A DNA stretch of 64,000 bases from the human T2T-CHM13v2.0 reference genome, Homo sapiens. A program made the position numbers and the translations under genes. Position 1 is the stretch's first letter, and the number at the start of each line of letters is the position of its first letter. The stretch lies in NCBI RefSeq assembly GCF_009914755.1, contig NC_060947.1; one strand, written 5' to 3'. Below, in pieces: positions 18,933 through 30,511 of this stretch. A model generated the notes under the pieces. The model saw nothing but the letters and a program-made list of their open reading frames with translations, did no database searches and was not told where the DNA came from.

Positions 18933-19455
18933 TAAACAGTAAGCTTTCCCTTCATCTCCTTTGGTTCAGTGTTTGAGGTGGGGCTGAGGATTAAATTAAA
19001 CAAATACAGATTAATAGAAGAAAAGGTGCACAGTTTTTATTATTATTTACAGGGATGGGAGTTCACATAAAAGAAGTAAAAGTCAAACAAGCAGCTAGAT
19101 TTGGGGACCTATATATCCTTAAAAAAAAAAAAGAAAGGTGGTTTGCTCTTTAAGGGATGACAAATCGTTGGGAAGTGACTAGGAAAAATATGGAGAAACT
19201 AATAGAAGGTAGTGCTCTTTTGGAAAGGTCTTTTAATGCAAACTCATCTTGGTATTAACTCCCTGTCTTTTTTCTTCTTTTTTTGGTAAAGGCGGAGACA
19301 CCTTCATGAGGAGAAATTTAATGCCCTCCTTTTAGGTAGATAAGGGGAGAGAAGAGGCATCTTCTTGCATCTGTTGATTCTCAATTGCATTCAGCTCAAA
19401 ATAATTCTTATGCCAATGTGGTGTATTATGGGGTGGCATATCCTGATCCTCTTCA
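18933..19455 (-). mobile_element. MER34-like ERV1 solo LTR
   Basis: The antisense strand begins tgaagaggatcaggatatgccaccccataat...ttggcataagaattattttgagctgaa. Confidence 0.75.
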
Positions 19456-20049
19456 ATACCAAAGCTCATTATTTTTTGACAAATAGGTAACAATTTATTA
19501 GAGATTTAAAAATCCTAATATGTTTAATTCAGCATGAAAATGGAAAGATTAAAATAAGTTTAGCATATCATTTTGATATATTAAAGTCTAGGAAAAAGCT
19601 TGGGTTTCCCCAAGCTTTTTTTTCTTTTTTTTTATAAGATGAATGAAAGTGAGGGTGAGAGAGAAGGTAATAGATAAAATATAGAAATGGAGCCAGGTGT
19701 ATAGAGATGCATTGAATGAACTCTTTGTGGTAGGTGAATGCCAGAGTGCCAGGCTGCTGGGCAGAGCTTGTGAGTATGGAAGCTCCTAGGATGTAAATCA
19801 AAGGAAAGACTTTTCTTGGGGGAGACAGCAATGAATTATTTCATCCCTTTTGAAATTTGTTTTGGAGTAAGCTCTTCATTTGAGAACCCAGAGTATTTCT
19901 ATGAATATTGAAGAAGGCTTCCATTTCTTCTTTTGTTCATTCATCCTTTCTCTCTTCTTCTATCAATGTCTCCTCCTCCCCTTCTGTCCATTTAATATAT
20001 TATGCTTCAGATGTAGGTGGCATAAATAATATAAAAATGCTCCCTTTGA

Positions 20050-20782
20050 AAAGCAAAGAGCCTTGGTGAGATGGCTTTTCCTGTCCTTCCTGCTATTTAT
20101 GCATCTGTAAGAAATGCAAAATTCTTAGTTTGACTGTCAGAGTTTGGTTTAGACATCTTTGATGACTTCTTCATCATTTTGGTAAGGTAAAATACTGTAA
20201 TTATTCTAAAAAGTGTGATTCTTTTAGTATATACATTGTCTCATATTATCTAGCATTGTTCCGGAAAAGGCACTGCTAAAGTGGCTCATCATCGATTGCC
20301 AATAGCTTAACTAACTTTACTATTTGACTTTACCCTCTGATCACAATAGTGTCAAGGCACTAAGCTGACTATTCACACTCTAAACACTTTGTTAACACAG
20401 CCAAGCCAATTTCCTTAGTTTTGCTCCTGCCCGCAAGATCAGTCAAGACTTGTGTTTCCAAACATGTGTAATGAATGTGTATGTCTTTTTTCATTGAATA
20501 TAATTTGTCTTTTTTCATTGAATATAATTTGTCTTTTTCTTTCTTTTCACTATAACGACAACAACAGTAACAAAAGATCCACAGATGAAAGGGGTTTCTT
20601 ATTTCTCTGAGATCTGTCAGGTTAAAGTCATAGTTAGGTCTATTCATGTGAATGTGTTTTATTCTTCCTCTTTAACCCAATCCATTCACAAGCCATTGTA
20701 TTTAGGGATTGATTGGAGGTGGAACCGACGGCAAAAAGGCAGGTCACAACTCGTTCATGTTTCCCTTGCAGATGATAGTTGT
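20050..20782 (-). pseudogene. Polycystin-like block 7 (helical GAIN-A region)
   Basis: ctacag|TTIICKGN / LFAVGSTSN / NLTDLRE / EIGLAVLT / EVIKD / LTDA*IAGR versus recalled PKDREJ TLIQKKD / LYIVASVLN / DRVNLRK / EIGQVVMT / QVVKD / LSDTILANK, in the same order. Confidence 0.6.
20482..20538. repeat. 24-bp tandem duplication (tgtcttttttcattgaatataatt x2.4)
   Basis: Two exact copies plus a partial third. Confidence 0.95.
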
Positions 20783-20829
20783 CTGTAGATACAGCCTGAG
20801 TGGCTTTATTGTTTAAGATAAGGCAATGG

Positions 20830-21005
20830 AGCTGGGCGCAGTGGTTAATGCCTGTAGAACCAGCTACTCTGGAAGCTGAGGCAGGAGAATCACTTGAGGC
20901 CATGAGTTTCAGGCACTAGTATCATTCTTGTGAATAACCACTTCACTCCAGACTGGGCAGCATAGTGAGACCCTGGCTCTAATTAAATGAACAAATAAAC
21001 AAAAT
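20830..21005 (+). mobile_element. FAM-like fossil Alu monomer
   Basis: Monomer retaining 7SL-type gtgaataaccacttcactccagactgggc; degenerate TSD gataaggca/gatagggca. Confidence 0.7.
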
Positions 21006-21109
21006 GATAGGGCAGTAAATGTTCTTCAAATTCAGACATTTTTTAGATTTAAATTTAAACTTTGTATATGTGAAATATATATTGGATGGAGAAATGTTAA
21101 ATTAAAGAG

Positions 21110-21320
21110 AAGCAATGTAAAATAGTATTTAGGAGTGTAGATCTGGGTTCATAACCCACTTTCCACTTGCCAACTCTGACAATGGGCTAACCTGTTTGTG
21201 TTTTAGTTTTCCATCTATTAATGGAAATAATAATTATGCCTATGTCATAAGGTTGTGAGATTTGATGAGAAACTATATAAAACATGTGGCACATTATTAA
21301 TGATCAACAAATGTTTATTA
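21110..21320 (+). mobile_element. MIR
   Basis: Core ttttagttttccatctattaatggaaataataat...ggttgtgagatttgatgaga. Confidence 0.7.
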
Positions 21321-21425
21321 TTGTTTTTGTATCATTATTTTAAAAGCTCTTTCCCAGCTCATCGTTATATGTTTTCATCTAGTACTTTTATATTTTCAAT
21401 TTAAAAAGTGTTTAATTTGTTAACT

Positions 21426-21891
21426 CAGTGATTGTCAGCCCTTTTGATGTCAGAACCCCTTTATACTCTTAACATTATTGAGGACTCCCCAAGAACTTTT
21501 GTTTACATAGGTTATGTCATATTTGAGATTGAAGTTGAGAAATTTGAAAAACTATCCATTTATTTAAAAATAATATTAAATCATATTTTTACATATATTA
21601 CATATTAAAATACACATTTTATTAAAAGTATCTATCTTTTCCAAAACAAAGATAAATTTAGTGAGAAGAGGTCATTATTTTACACTTTTGCAAATCTCTA
21701 CAATGTCTGGCTTAATAGAAGACACATCAGGTAGCCTCTGGAAAACTCCATGGTACACATGTGACAGAATAAAAATTAAAATGACAAATAATGCCTTAAT
21801 ATTTTTATGGCAATTGTCTTTATTTTGCAGACTTTCTGCAAGAGTCTCAATAACCTCCAGTTGTTCTCAGGCCACACATTGAGAACAACAG
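21426..21891. mobile_element. hAT-Charlie-type non-autonomous DNA transposon
   Basis: Termini cagtgattgtca...ttgagaacaacag; degenerate 8-bp TSD tgttaact/gtttaact. Confidence 0.7.
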
Positions 21892-22643
21892 GTTTAACTC
21901 AATAAGCGTATGACATAGGATGTTCTTTTTCTAAATATCCTAGCTCCAGATATTGGAGTCCTAATCGTTAGGGCTCTTGCTCCACTCCAGATACGAAATG
22001 TTACCATTATTATTTGCTCAATGTAAGATAAAACATATACATGGTTTGTTTCTGAGCTTTCTGATCTCTTTTGTATTGGTTATCTTTTTGCATTAGAACT
22101 ATCCTTTAACTACTTTAAGTTTATATAATTTTAATGTCAGCAGTATAAATTTCACTTCCAATTCTCTCTTCAAGTCATTGTAGTAGGATTCTTTTTATCT
22201 CCAAGACTCTACTGAAACAGCTCTTATCAGGGCCATCAATTATCTATATATTGCCAAAGCCAATGGCCAATTTTCTGTTATTATCTTAACCTTTCAAATG
22301 CATTTGCCATGACTGACCATTTCTTCCTTTTTGAAGCATTTTCTTCTCTTGGATTCCATGACACTACACTTACCTGGTTTCTTCCTACCACACTGATAGT
22401 ACTTTTGGAGTCTGATTTGCTTGATCATACTCTCCTATATGACTTATAACTGTTAAATATTTAAGCTCTATTTTAGGCCTTCTTCTCTGTCATCATTGTC
22501 TCCTTGGGCATTGCAAGCAGTCACAGAACTTCCAATTCCATTTAAAGGCCAACGACTCTCAAATTCACATCTTTAAAGAATAGTCAAGATAATTATAAAG
22601 AAAAACAACAAAGCTGTAGAAATACAGTATCAGATATTAGGAC

Positions 22644-23080
22644 TTTCATGCGCGTCCATGTGAAGAGACCACCAAACAGGCTTTGTGTGAGCAACAAGGC
22701 TGTTTATTTCACCTGGGTGCATGCAGGTGGGCTGAGTCCGAAAAGAGGGTCAGTGAAGGGAGATAAGGGTGGGGCCGTTTTATAGGATTTGGGTAGGTAA
22801 AGGAAAAAGGGGCGTTGTTCTCTGGCAGGCAGGGGTGGGGGTCACAAGGTACTGAGTGGGGGAGCTTTTTGAGCCAGGAAAAGGACTTTCACAAGGTAAT
22901 GTCATCACTTAAGGCAAGAACCGGCCATTTTCACTTCTTTTGTGGTGGAATGTCATCAGTTAAGGCGGGGCAGGGCATTTTCACTTCTTTTGTGATTCTT
23001 CAGTTACTTCAGGCCATCTGGGCGTATATGTGCAAGTCACAGGGGATGCGATGGCTTGGCTTGGGCTCAGAGGCCTGACA
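22644..23080 (-). mobile_element. 3' LTR7
   Basis: TGTCAGGCCTCTGAGCCCAAGC...CGCGCATGAAA, 437 bp, preceded by the PPT. Confidence 0.97.
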
Positions 23081-23851
23081 TTCCTGCCTTCTTATATTAA
23101 TAAGAAAAATAAAACAAAACAGTGTTGAAGTGTTGGGGCGGCGAAAATTTTTGTGAGGTGGTATGGAGAGAGAATGGGTGATGTTTCTCAGGGCTGCTTC
23201 AAGCGGGATTAGGGGCGGCGTGGGAACCTAGAGTGGGAGGGATTAAGCTGAAGGGAGGTCTTGTGGTAAGGGGTGATATTGTGGGGTTGTTAGAAGAAAC
23301 ATTTGTCATTTAGAATTATTGGTGATGGCCTGGATATGGTTTTGTATGAATTGAAAAACTAAATGGAATAAGAGAAGGAGAAAAACAGGTATTAAAGGTC
23401 TAAGAATTGGGAGGACCCAGGACATCTAATTAGAGAGTGCCTAAGGAGATTCAGCATAGTCCTGCCAGCAAAGATTATTTATTTACTTTAAGAGTTAAGA
23501 GTGGCGGTTTGGGGATAGCACCAGGAGATATCAGCTGTGATGGCTTGGAGAAACAGTGTAAACCGGCAGTGTAAACAAGAGCAGGGCATGTATGAGTCGT
23601 TGAGAACGGTGAATAGGAGTATGACTAGACAGAAGATAGTAGGGATGACAAGTTTTTTGGGGCACAGTCCAACTTGGTTTGGTGTCTGGAATGAGACTGG
23701 GGCCTAATAAAAAGGAGCGTCCAAACAGGAGCTCAAACGGGCTGTACCCTGTGGCATTCCAAGGACAGGCCTGAATTCTGAGAAGGGAAAGTGGTAAAAG
23801 TATTGTCCAGTCCTTTTTAAGTTGGTGGCTGAGCTTGGTGAGGTGTGTTTT

Positions 23852-25860
23852 TTAAAGACCATTAGTCCGTTCTACCTTTCCTGAAGACTGAGGACCGTAA
23901 GGGATATAAAGGTTTAACTGAATACCAAGAGCCTGAAAAACTGCTTGGCTGATTTGACTAATAAAGGCTGGTCCGTTATCAGACTGTATAGAGGTGGGAA
24001 GGCCAAACTGAGGAATTATATCTGACAGAAGGGAAGAAATGACCGCAGTGGCCTTCTCAGATCCTGTAGGAAAGGCCTCTACCCATCCAGTGAAAGTGTC
24101 CACCCAGACTAAGAGGTATTTTAGTTTTCTGACTTGGGGCATATTGAGTAAAGCCAATTTGCCAGTCCTAGGCGGGGGCAAATCCCCGAGCTTGATGTGT
24201 AGGGAAGGGAGGGGGCCTGAATAATCCATGAAGAGTAGTAGAATAGCAGATGGAACACTGAGAAGTTATTTCCTTGAGGATAGATTTCCACGATGGAAAG
24301 GAAATGAGAGGTTCTAAGAGGCGGGCTAGTGGCTAGTACTATAGCATAGTCTGCCTTTGCTGGTGAGTGGTGATTAGGCCTGGTGGAACTGCCATCAATA
24401 AACCAAATGTGATGAGGGTGAGAAACAGGGAAGAAGGAAATGTGGGGAAATGGGGTGAACGTCAGGTGGATCAGAGAGATGCAGTCATGAGGGTCAGGTG
24501 TGGTATCTGGAATAATGTGGGAGACCGGATTGAAGTCCGGGCCGAGAACAATGGTAATTGTGGGACTCAACAAAGAGTGGGTACAACTGAAGGAGCCGGG
24601 GGAGCAGAAAGTATAAGTGTCAGGTGTGAGGAAGAAAATAGATTTTGGAAATTATGAGAACTGTAGAAAGTGAGTTGAGCATAGTTTGTGATTTTGAGGG
24701 CCTCTAAAAGTATTAGAGCAGTGGCAGCTGCTGCACGCAGACATGAGGGCTAGGCTAAAACAGTAAGGTCAAGTTGTTTGGACAGAAAGGCTACAGGGTG
24801 TGGTCCCGGCTCTTGTGTAAGAATTCTGACCACACTAACCATGCCTAGGAAGGAAAGGAGTTGTTGTTTTGTAAGGGATTGAGGTTTGGGAGATTAGTCA
24901 GACACAATCAGCAGGGAAAGCACGTGTGTTTTTGTGAGAATTATGCCGAGATAGGTAACAGATGAGGATGAAATTTGGGCTTGACTGAAGTAATGGGGGC
25001 TGTCTGTGAAGCCTTGCGGCAGTATAGCCCAGGTAATTTGCTGAGCCTAATGGGTGTCAGGGTCAGTCCAAGTGAAAGCAAAGAGAGGCTGGGATGAAGG
25101 GTGCAAAGGAATAGTAAAGAAAGCATGTTTGAGATCCAGAAAAGAATAATGGGTTGTAGAAGGAGGTATTGAGGATAGGAGAGTATATGGGTTTGGCACC
25201 ACGGGGGTGGATAGGCAAAACAATTTGGTTGATAAGGCACAGATCCTGAACTAACCTATAAGACTTGTCTGGTTTTAGGACAGGTGAAATAGGGGAATGG
25301 TAAGGAGAGTATATAGGCTTTAAAAGGCCATGCTGTAGCAAGTGAGTGATAACAGGCTTTAATCCTTTTAAAGCGTGCTGTGGGATGGGATATTAACATT
25401 GAGCAGGGTAAGAGTGATTAGGCTTTAATGGGATGGTAATGGGCATGTGATCAGTTGCCAGGGAAGGAGTAGAGATGTCCCATACTTGTGGGTTAAGGTG
25501 GGGGGATATGAGAAGAAGATGCAAAGGAGGCTTTGGGTTGGGGAGAAGGGTGGCAATGAGATGCAGCTGTAGTCCGGGAATAGTCAGGGAAGCAGATAAT
25601 TTAGTTAAAGTGTCTCAGCCTAACAAGGGAACTGGGCAGGTGGGGATAACTAAAAAGGAGTGCTTCAAAGAGTATTGTCTAAGTTGGCACCAGAGTTTGG
25701 GAGTTTTAAGAGGTTTAGAAGCCTGGCCGTCAATACCCACAACAGTTATGGAGGCAAGGGAAACAGGCCCTTGAAAAGAAGGTAATGTGGAGTGGGTAGC
25801 CTCCATATTGACTAAGAAGGAGATGGACTTACCCTCCACTGTGAGAGTTACTCAGAGTAT
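23852..25860 (-). pseudogene. pol: HERV-H pro-pol remnants (protease, RT, RNase H, integrase core)
   Basis: FLVNMEATHSTL (protease, catalytic Asp absent), KSYRLVQDL (RT), WFIDGSS (RNase H), VDTFTGWVEAFP...SDNGPAF...GKVERTN (integrase D-D-E). Frameshifted and partly deleted. Confidence 0.95.
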
Positions 25861-25899
25861 TTGTGATGGTCCTGTAGGCTTCCGAGGCGATCGGGCAGC

Positions 25900-27100
25900 G
25901 TCAGTCTTCAGCTGCTAAGCCGAGAAGATCTGGGAAGGAGTCAGTCGGAGAGCCTTGGGCCAGAGTTCCAGGGGCTCTGGAAGTGGCTGCCAGGTGAGTT
26001 GAACAGTCCAATTTTCAGTGGGGTCCCGCACAGATGGGACATGGCTTAGGAGGAATCCCGGGCTGTGGGCATTCCTTGGCCCAGTGGTCAGATTTCCGGC
26101 ACTTGTGGCAAGCTCCTGGGGGAGGAGGTTCAGGCGTTTGGAGTTCTTGTGTGCTGGAGATGTGGCTGGGGTTTGTCTCACAGTGGAGGCAAGGAATTGC
26201 AACTCAGAAATACATTGCTACTTGGCTGCCTCTACTTTATTATTGCACACCTTGAAGGCGGGGTTAATTAAGTCCTGTTGTGGGGTTTGAGGGCCGGAAT
26301 TTAATTTTTGGAGCTTTATTTCATGTTGGGAGCAGATTGGGTAAAAAAAATAAAATGCATATTGAGAATAAGACGGCCTTCTGACCTTTCAGGGTCTAGG
26401 GCTGTAAAGCGTCTCAGGGTTGCTGCCAAATGAGCCATGAACTGGGCTGGGTTTTTCATATTTGATGAAAAAAAGCCTAAATGCTAACTGATTTTGGGAG
26501 AGGTCGGATAAAGAAAAAGGAGCGTTAACCTTGACTGTGCCTTTAGCTCCAGCCACCTTTTTAAGAGGAAATTGCTGGGCAGGTGGGGGAAGACTAGTCG
26601 AGGAACAAAACTGTAAGCTGGACCCGGTGTGAGGAATGGAGGTGATAAAAGGATTATAGGGTGGGGAGCAGAGGCTGAAGAAGAACTGGGACCTGGCTCG
26701 GCCTGGCGAGGAGGTCAGATGGGTCTGTAGAAAAGGAAGATTAGAAAGACTCAGCGACATTTGGAGTTGTGACTGAGGGGACAGGCAGGAGGGAAAGAAG
26801 GAGGATTTGGGACGAGTTGCCTTGGGAACAGAGACTAGGGAGGGACTGATGTGTAAAAGAATGCCTGGACGTCAGGCACCTCAGACCATTTGCCTATTTT
26901 ACGACAAGAATTATTTAGATCTTGTAGGATGGAAAAATTGAAAGTGCCATTTTCTTGCTATTTGGAACCACTGTTGAGTTTGTATTTTGGTCAAGCAGCA
27001 CTGCAGAAGAAAATAAGGCATTTAGGTTTTAGGTCAGGTGAGAGTTGAGAGGTTTTAAGTTCTTAAGAACACAGGCTAAGGGAGAAGAAGGAGGAATGGA
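25900..27100 (-). pseudogene. gag: HERV-H gag remnant
   Basis: QFPLKKVAGAKGTVKVNAPFSLSDLSQ and GNLPPSIPPSSPLACVLKNL; disrupted. Confidence 0.85.
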
Positions 27101-27889
27101 GGGTGGAAGGTTGCCTATAGTGAAGGAGGCAAGTTTAAAGAAAAGGGAGAGTAAAGACATGGAGGGAAGGGGTTCAGGGGTTCTTACCTTCCAGAAAAGC
27201 AGGAAAGGGGTCGGGGCATGGAAATAAGGGGTTGGGGCACAGAGATAAGAAGTCGGGGTGCAGAAATAAGGGATCGGGGCACAGAGCGGGGTGTGGAAAT
27301 AAAGGATCGGGGGGTTCTTGCCCCCAGAAAAGCAGAGAAGGGGTAGAGACACAGAGAGAAGGGGTTGGGGGGTTCTTGTCCCCCAGAACAGTGGAGAAGG
27401 GGTAGAGACATGGAGAGAAGGGGTTGGGGGGTTCTTGCCCCCCAGAAAAGCGGTACTTGCTGCTAAGGGTGAAGGACCAAGGCAGGCGTCCCCGCGTGGT
27501 CAGACACCTCTGAAACGTGGGTAATAATCAGGCAGTTGTCCCCGTGTGATTAAACACCAAGGGAAGACTGTCTTCCCAAGTCCGTGACCGGCGCCAGAGT
27601 TTTGGGTCCACGGATAAAACGTGTCTCCTGTCTCTACCAGAAAAGGAAAGGAATTGAAATTAAGAGAAGGGAGAGATTGAAGGGTGGCACCAAGATTGAA
27701 AGGAGAAAGTGGTTGAGGGAGAGTGAGAGAGGTTGGAGAAGAGAGTAAGAAGAGGCCGCTTACCCGATTTAAAATCGGTGAGATGTTCCTTGGGCTGGTG
27801 GGTCTGAGGACCCGAGGTCATAGATGGATCTTTTTCACGGAGCAAAGAGCCGGAGGACAGGGGATTGATCTCCCAAGGGAGGTCCTCCG

Positions 27890-27907
27890 ATCCGAATCAC
27901 GACACCA
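27890..27907 (-). other. tRNA-His primer binding site
   Basis: TGGTGTCGTGATTCGGAT differs by two C>T changes from TGGTGCCGTGACTCGGAT and lies next to the 5' LTR. Confidence 0.93.
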
Positions 27908-27909
27908 AA

Positions 27910-28352
27910 TTTCATGTGCGTCCGTGTGAAGACACCACCAAACAGGCTTTGTGTGAGCAACAAGGCTGTTTATTTCACCTGGGTGCAGGTGGGCTGAGTC
28001 CGAAAAGAGGGTCAGTGAAGGGAGATAGGGGTGGGGCCGTTTTATAGGATTTGGGTAGGTAAAGGAAAAAGGGGCGTTGTTCTCTGGCAGGCAGAAGTGG
28101 GAGTCACAAGGTACTGAGTGGGGGAGCTTTTTGAGCCAGGATGAGCCAGGAAAAGGACTTTCACAAGGTAATGTCATCACTTAAGGCAAGGACCGGCCAT
28201 TTTCATTTCTTTTGTGGTGGAATGTCATCAGTTAAGGCGGGGCAGGGCATTTTCACTTCTTTTGTGATTCTTCAGTTACTTCAGGCCATCTGGGCGTATA
28301 TGTGCAAGTCACAGGGGATGCGATGACTTGGCTTGGGCTCAGAGGCCTGACA
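27910..28352 (-). promoter_or_regulatory. 5' LTR7 (proviral promoter)
   Basis: 443 bp; TATA-like CTATAAAA; two ACAAAAGA-containing U3 repeats; AATAAA in R. Confidence 0.93.
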
Positions 28353-29158
28353 AGGACCTATTATAAAACTGTAGTTAAAAACTGTACTGATTAAACTAAG
28401 TATAAGAATGGATAAACTATCAAATGGAACAGAATTCAGTGAAAAACAACAACAATACTTTCCTTATATAAAGTCACCTGATTCATGACAAAATGAAACT
28501 GTAGTGCATTAGGGGTAAGATGCTCTTTTGAATAAATGGTGTTAGCTCAATCAGATATCCAAGTGGGAAAAACTGAATCTTGACTCTTACCTTACACCAT
28601 ACACAAAAATCAATTCCAGATGTATTATAGGTGAAATATAAATCAGTGAAAGATTTTAGAGGAAACCATGATAAAATATCTTTTTTATCTTGAAGTAGGC
28701 AAAGATTTCTTAAAGAAGCTAACCAGAAAAAAATGACAAATTGTACTACATTAAAATTTATAACTTTTATCAAAAAATCCATTCAGAGAATTAAGAATTA
28801 ACTCACTAAATGGGAGATATTTGTGAGACAACGTAACTAACAAATGACTATTAATAAGAATATATAAATAACTCTCACAAATTAATAGAGTGCTAAAAAT
28901 AGAAAAATGGGCAAAAGATTTAAACAGATATTTTACAATAGAGGATATCCGATGACCAATAAAAATAAGAAAAGTTACTCAACTTCATTAGTCACTAGAG
29001 AATGCAAATCAAAATCACAATACAATACCAAATAACCAGTAGAATGACCTAAAGTCAACAAGAACGACAACAACAACAACAGGAAAAAAAAAAAAAAAGG
29101 TCTGGTAAGAATATAGAGCACTAATGTTTTCTAACTACGCTAGCAAAGGTGTCAATTC

Positions 29159-29770
29159 CCATCTTAGTTTATTTTGTCCTCCTATAATAGAATACCACAG
29201 ACTGGGTTATTTATAAAGAACAGAAATGTGTTTGCTCAGCCTTATCTATTTGGATGTGGTTAAAAAAATTTCAACCAAAGACAGGCACCTAAACCTGAAA
29301 GGGGTATGGGTGTCTTGAGTTTTACAGGTGCTATTGTTAGGACTCCTTCAATTACTGGCTATTCTTTCTATGCTGCTTATTTACAACCCAGTTATTGAAT
29401 TCTTAGAGCTAAGTAAATCATTTTTTTTAGTTGAAAAATAACAAATATATTTGCTCCCAGTTGCGGAGGCTGAGAAGTCCAATATTAAGGACTGGTGCCT
29501 GGTGAAGGCTTTCTTGCTGTGTCATTTCATGGCAGAAGGGCAAAGAGGCAAAGGGGATGAGAGAGGGAGAGAGAGACAGAGCAAGAGAAGATTGAACTAA
29601 TTCTTTTGTAAGGAACCTGCTCTCATGGTAACAAAATTAGTCCATTCATGAGGGCAGAGCTCTCATGGCCTAATCATCTGCCATTAGGCCCAGCCTCCCA
29701 GCACTGTTGCATTGGGGATTGTTTCTGTGGGGACACAGGCTTTCTGTGGGGACACATTCAAACCATAGCA
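29159..29770 (-). mobile_element. MST/MLT1-type MaLR LTR carrying a 204-bp foreign insert
   Basis: tcttagtttattttg...cagactgggttatttataaagaacag at one end, gacacattcaaaccatagca at the other. Confidence 0.85.
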
Positions 29771-29806
29771 ATTGATATAATCACTTCGAAAAACTGTTTA
29801 ATAGTA

Positions 29807-30511
29807 CAGTGGTGGAATATGTTCTATGTTCTATGACCCCCAGTGGATGCCAGGTAACATGGATAGAACTGTATCCTATGTATACTATATATACTATGTT
29901 TTTTCCTATATGTACATGCCTATGACAAAGTTTAATTTATAAATTAAGCATAGTAAGAGATTAAAAGCAATAACTAATAATAAAATAGAACAGTTATAGC
30001 AATATACTGTAATAAAAGTTATGTGAATGTCGTCTCTCTCAAAATATCTTATTGTACTATACTCATCCTTTTATTTCTTGTGATGATGTGAGATGATAAA
30101 ATGCCTACATTATTATCAGATGAAGTGGAGTGAATGATGTAGGTATTTTGACATAGCATTAGGCTACTATTGAATTTCTAACAATACATTACAAGAAGGT
30201 TTGACTGCTTTGGGTGATACTGAGTTATCGAACGATCATGGTGTTGATGGTTGGATGTCAGGAGCAGATGTCAATGGCTAACAGGCAGATAGCAACTATA
30301 GCTTGTATATGCTGGACAAAGGGATGATTCACATCCCAGGCATGACAGAGCAGGATGACGTGAGATTTCATCAAGCTACTCAAAACAGCGTACAATTTAA
30401 AACCTATTAATTGTTTATTTAAATAATTTTCCATTTAATGTTTCTGGACAAGGTTGACCATGGGTAAGTGGAACTAAAGAAAGCAAAATCACAAAAAAGA
30501 GGGGACTACTA
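29807..30511 (-). mobile_element. MER44 (Tigger7-derived) DNA transposon
   Basis: gacccccagtggatgcc...ggggactact, flanked by TA. Confidence 0.8.

Larger units (their letters stand above)
22644..28352 (-). mobile_element. HERV-H provirus (5.7 kb, env-deleted type) with two LTR7
   Basis: LTRs at 22644-23080 and 27910-28352. Perfect TSD AGGAC (22639-43 / 28353-57). tRNA-His PBS, polypurine tract aagaaggcaggaa, and gag/pro/RT/RNaseH/IN remnants. Confidence 0.98.

Noticed and set aside
23081-23850. HERV-H env
   Set aside because: No env ORF; the provirus length shows env is largely deleted.
29239-29442. Orphan insert as a NUMT or known snRNA/snoRNA
   Set aside because: Only vague resemblance to mitochondrial 12S rRNA, and no alignable match to the snRNA/snoRNA sequences I recall.
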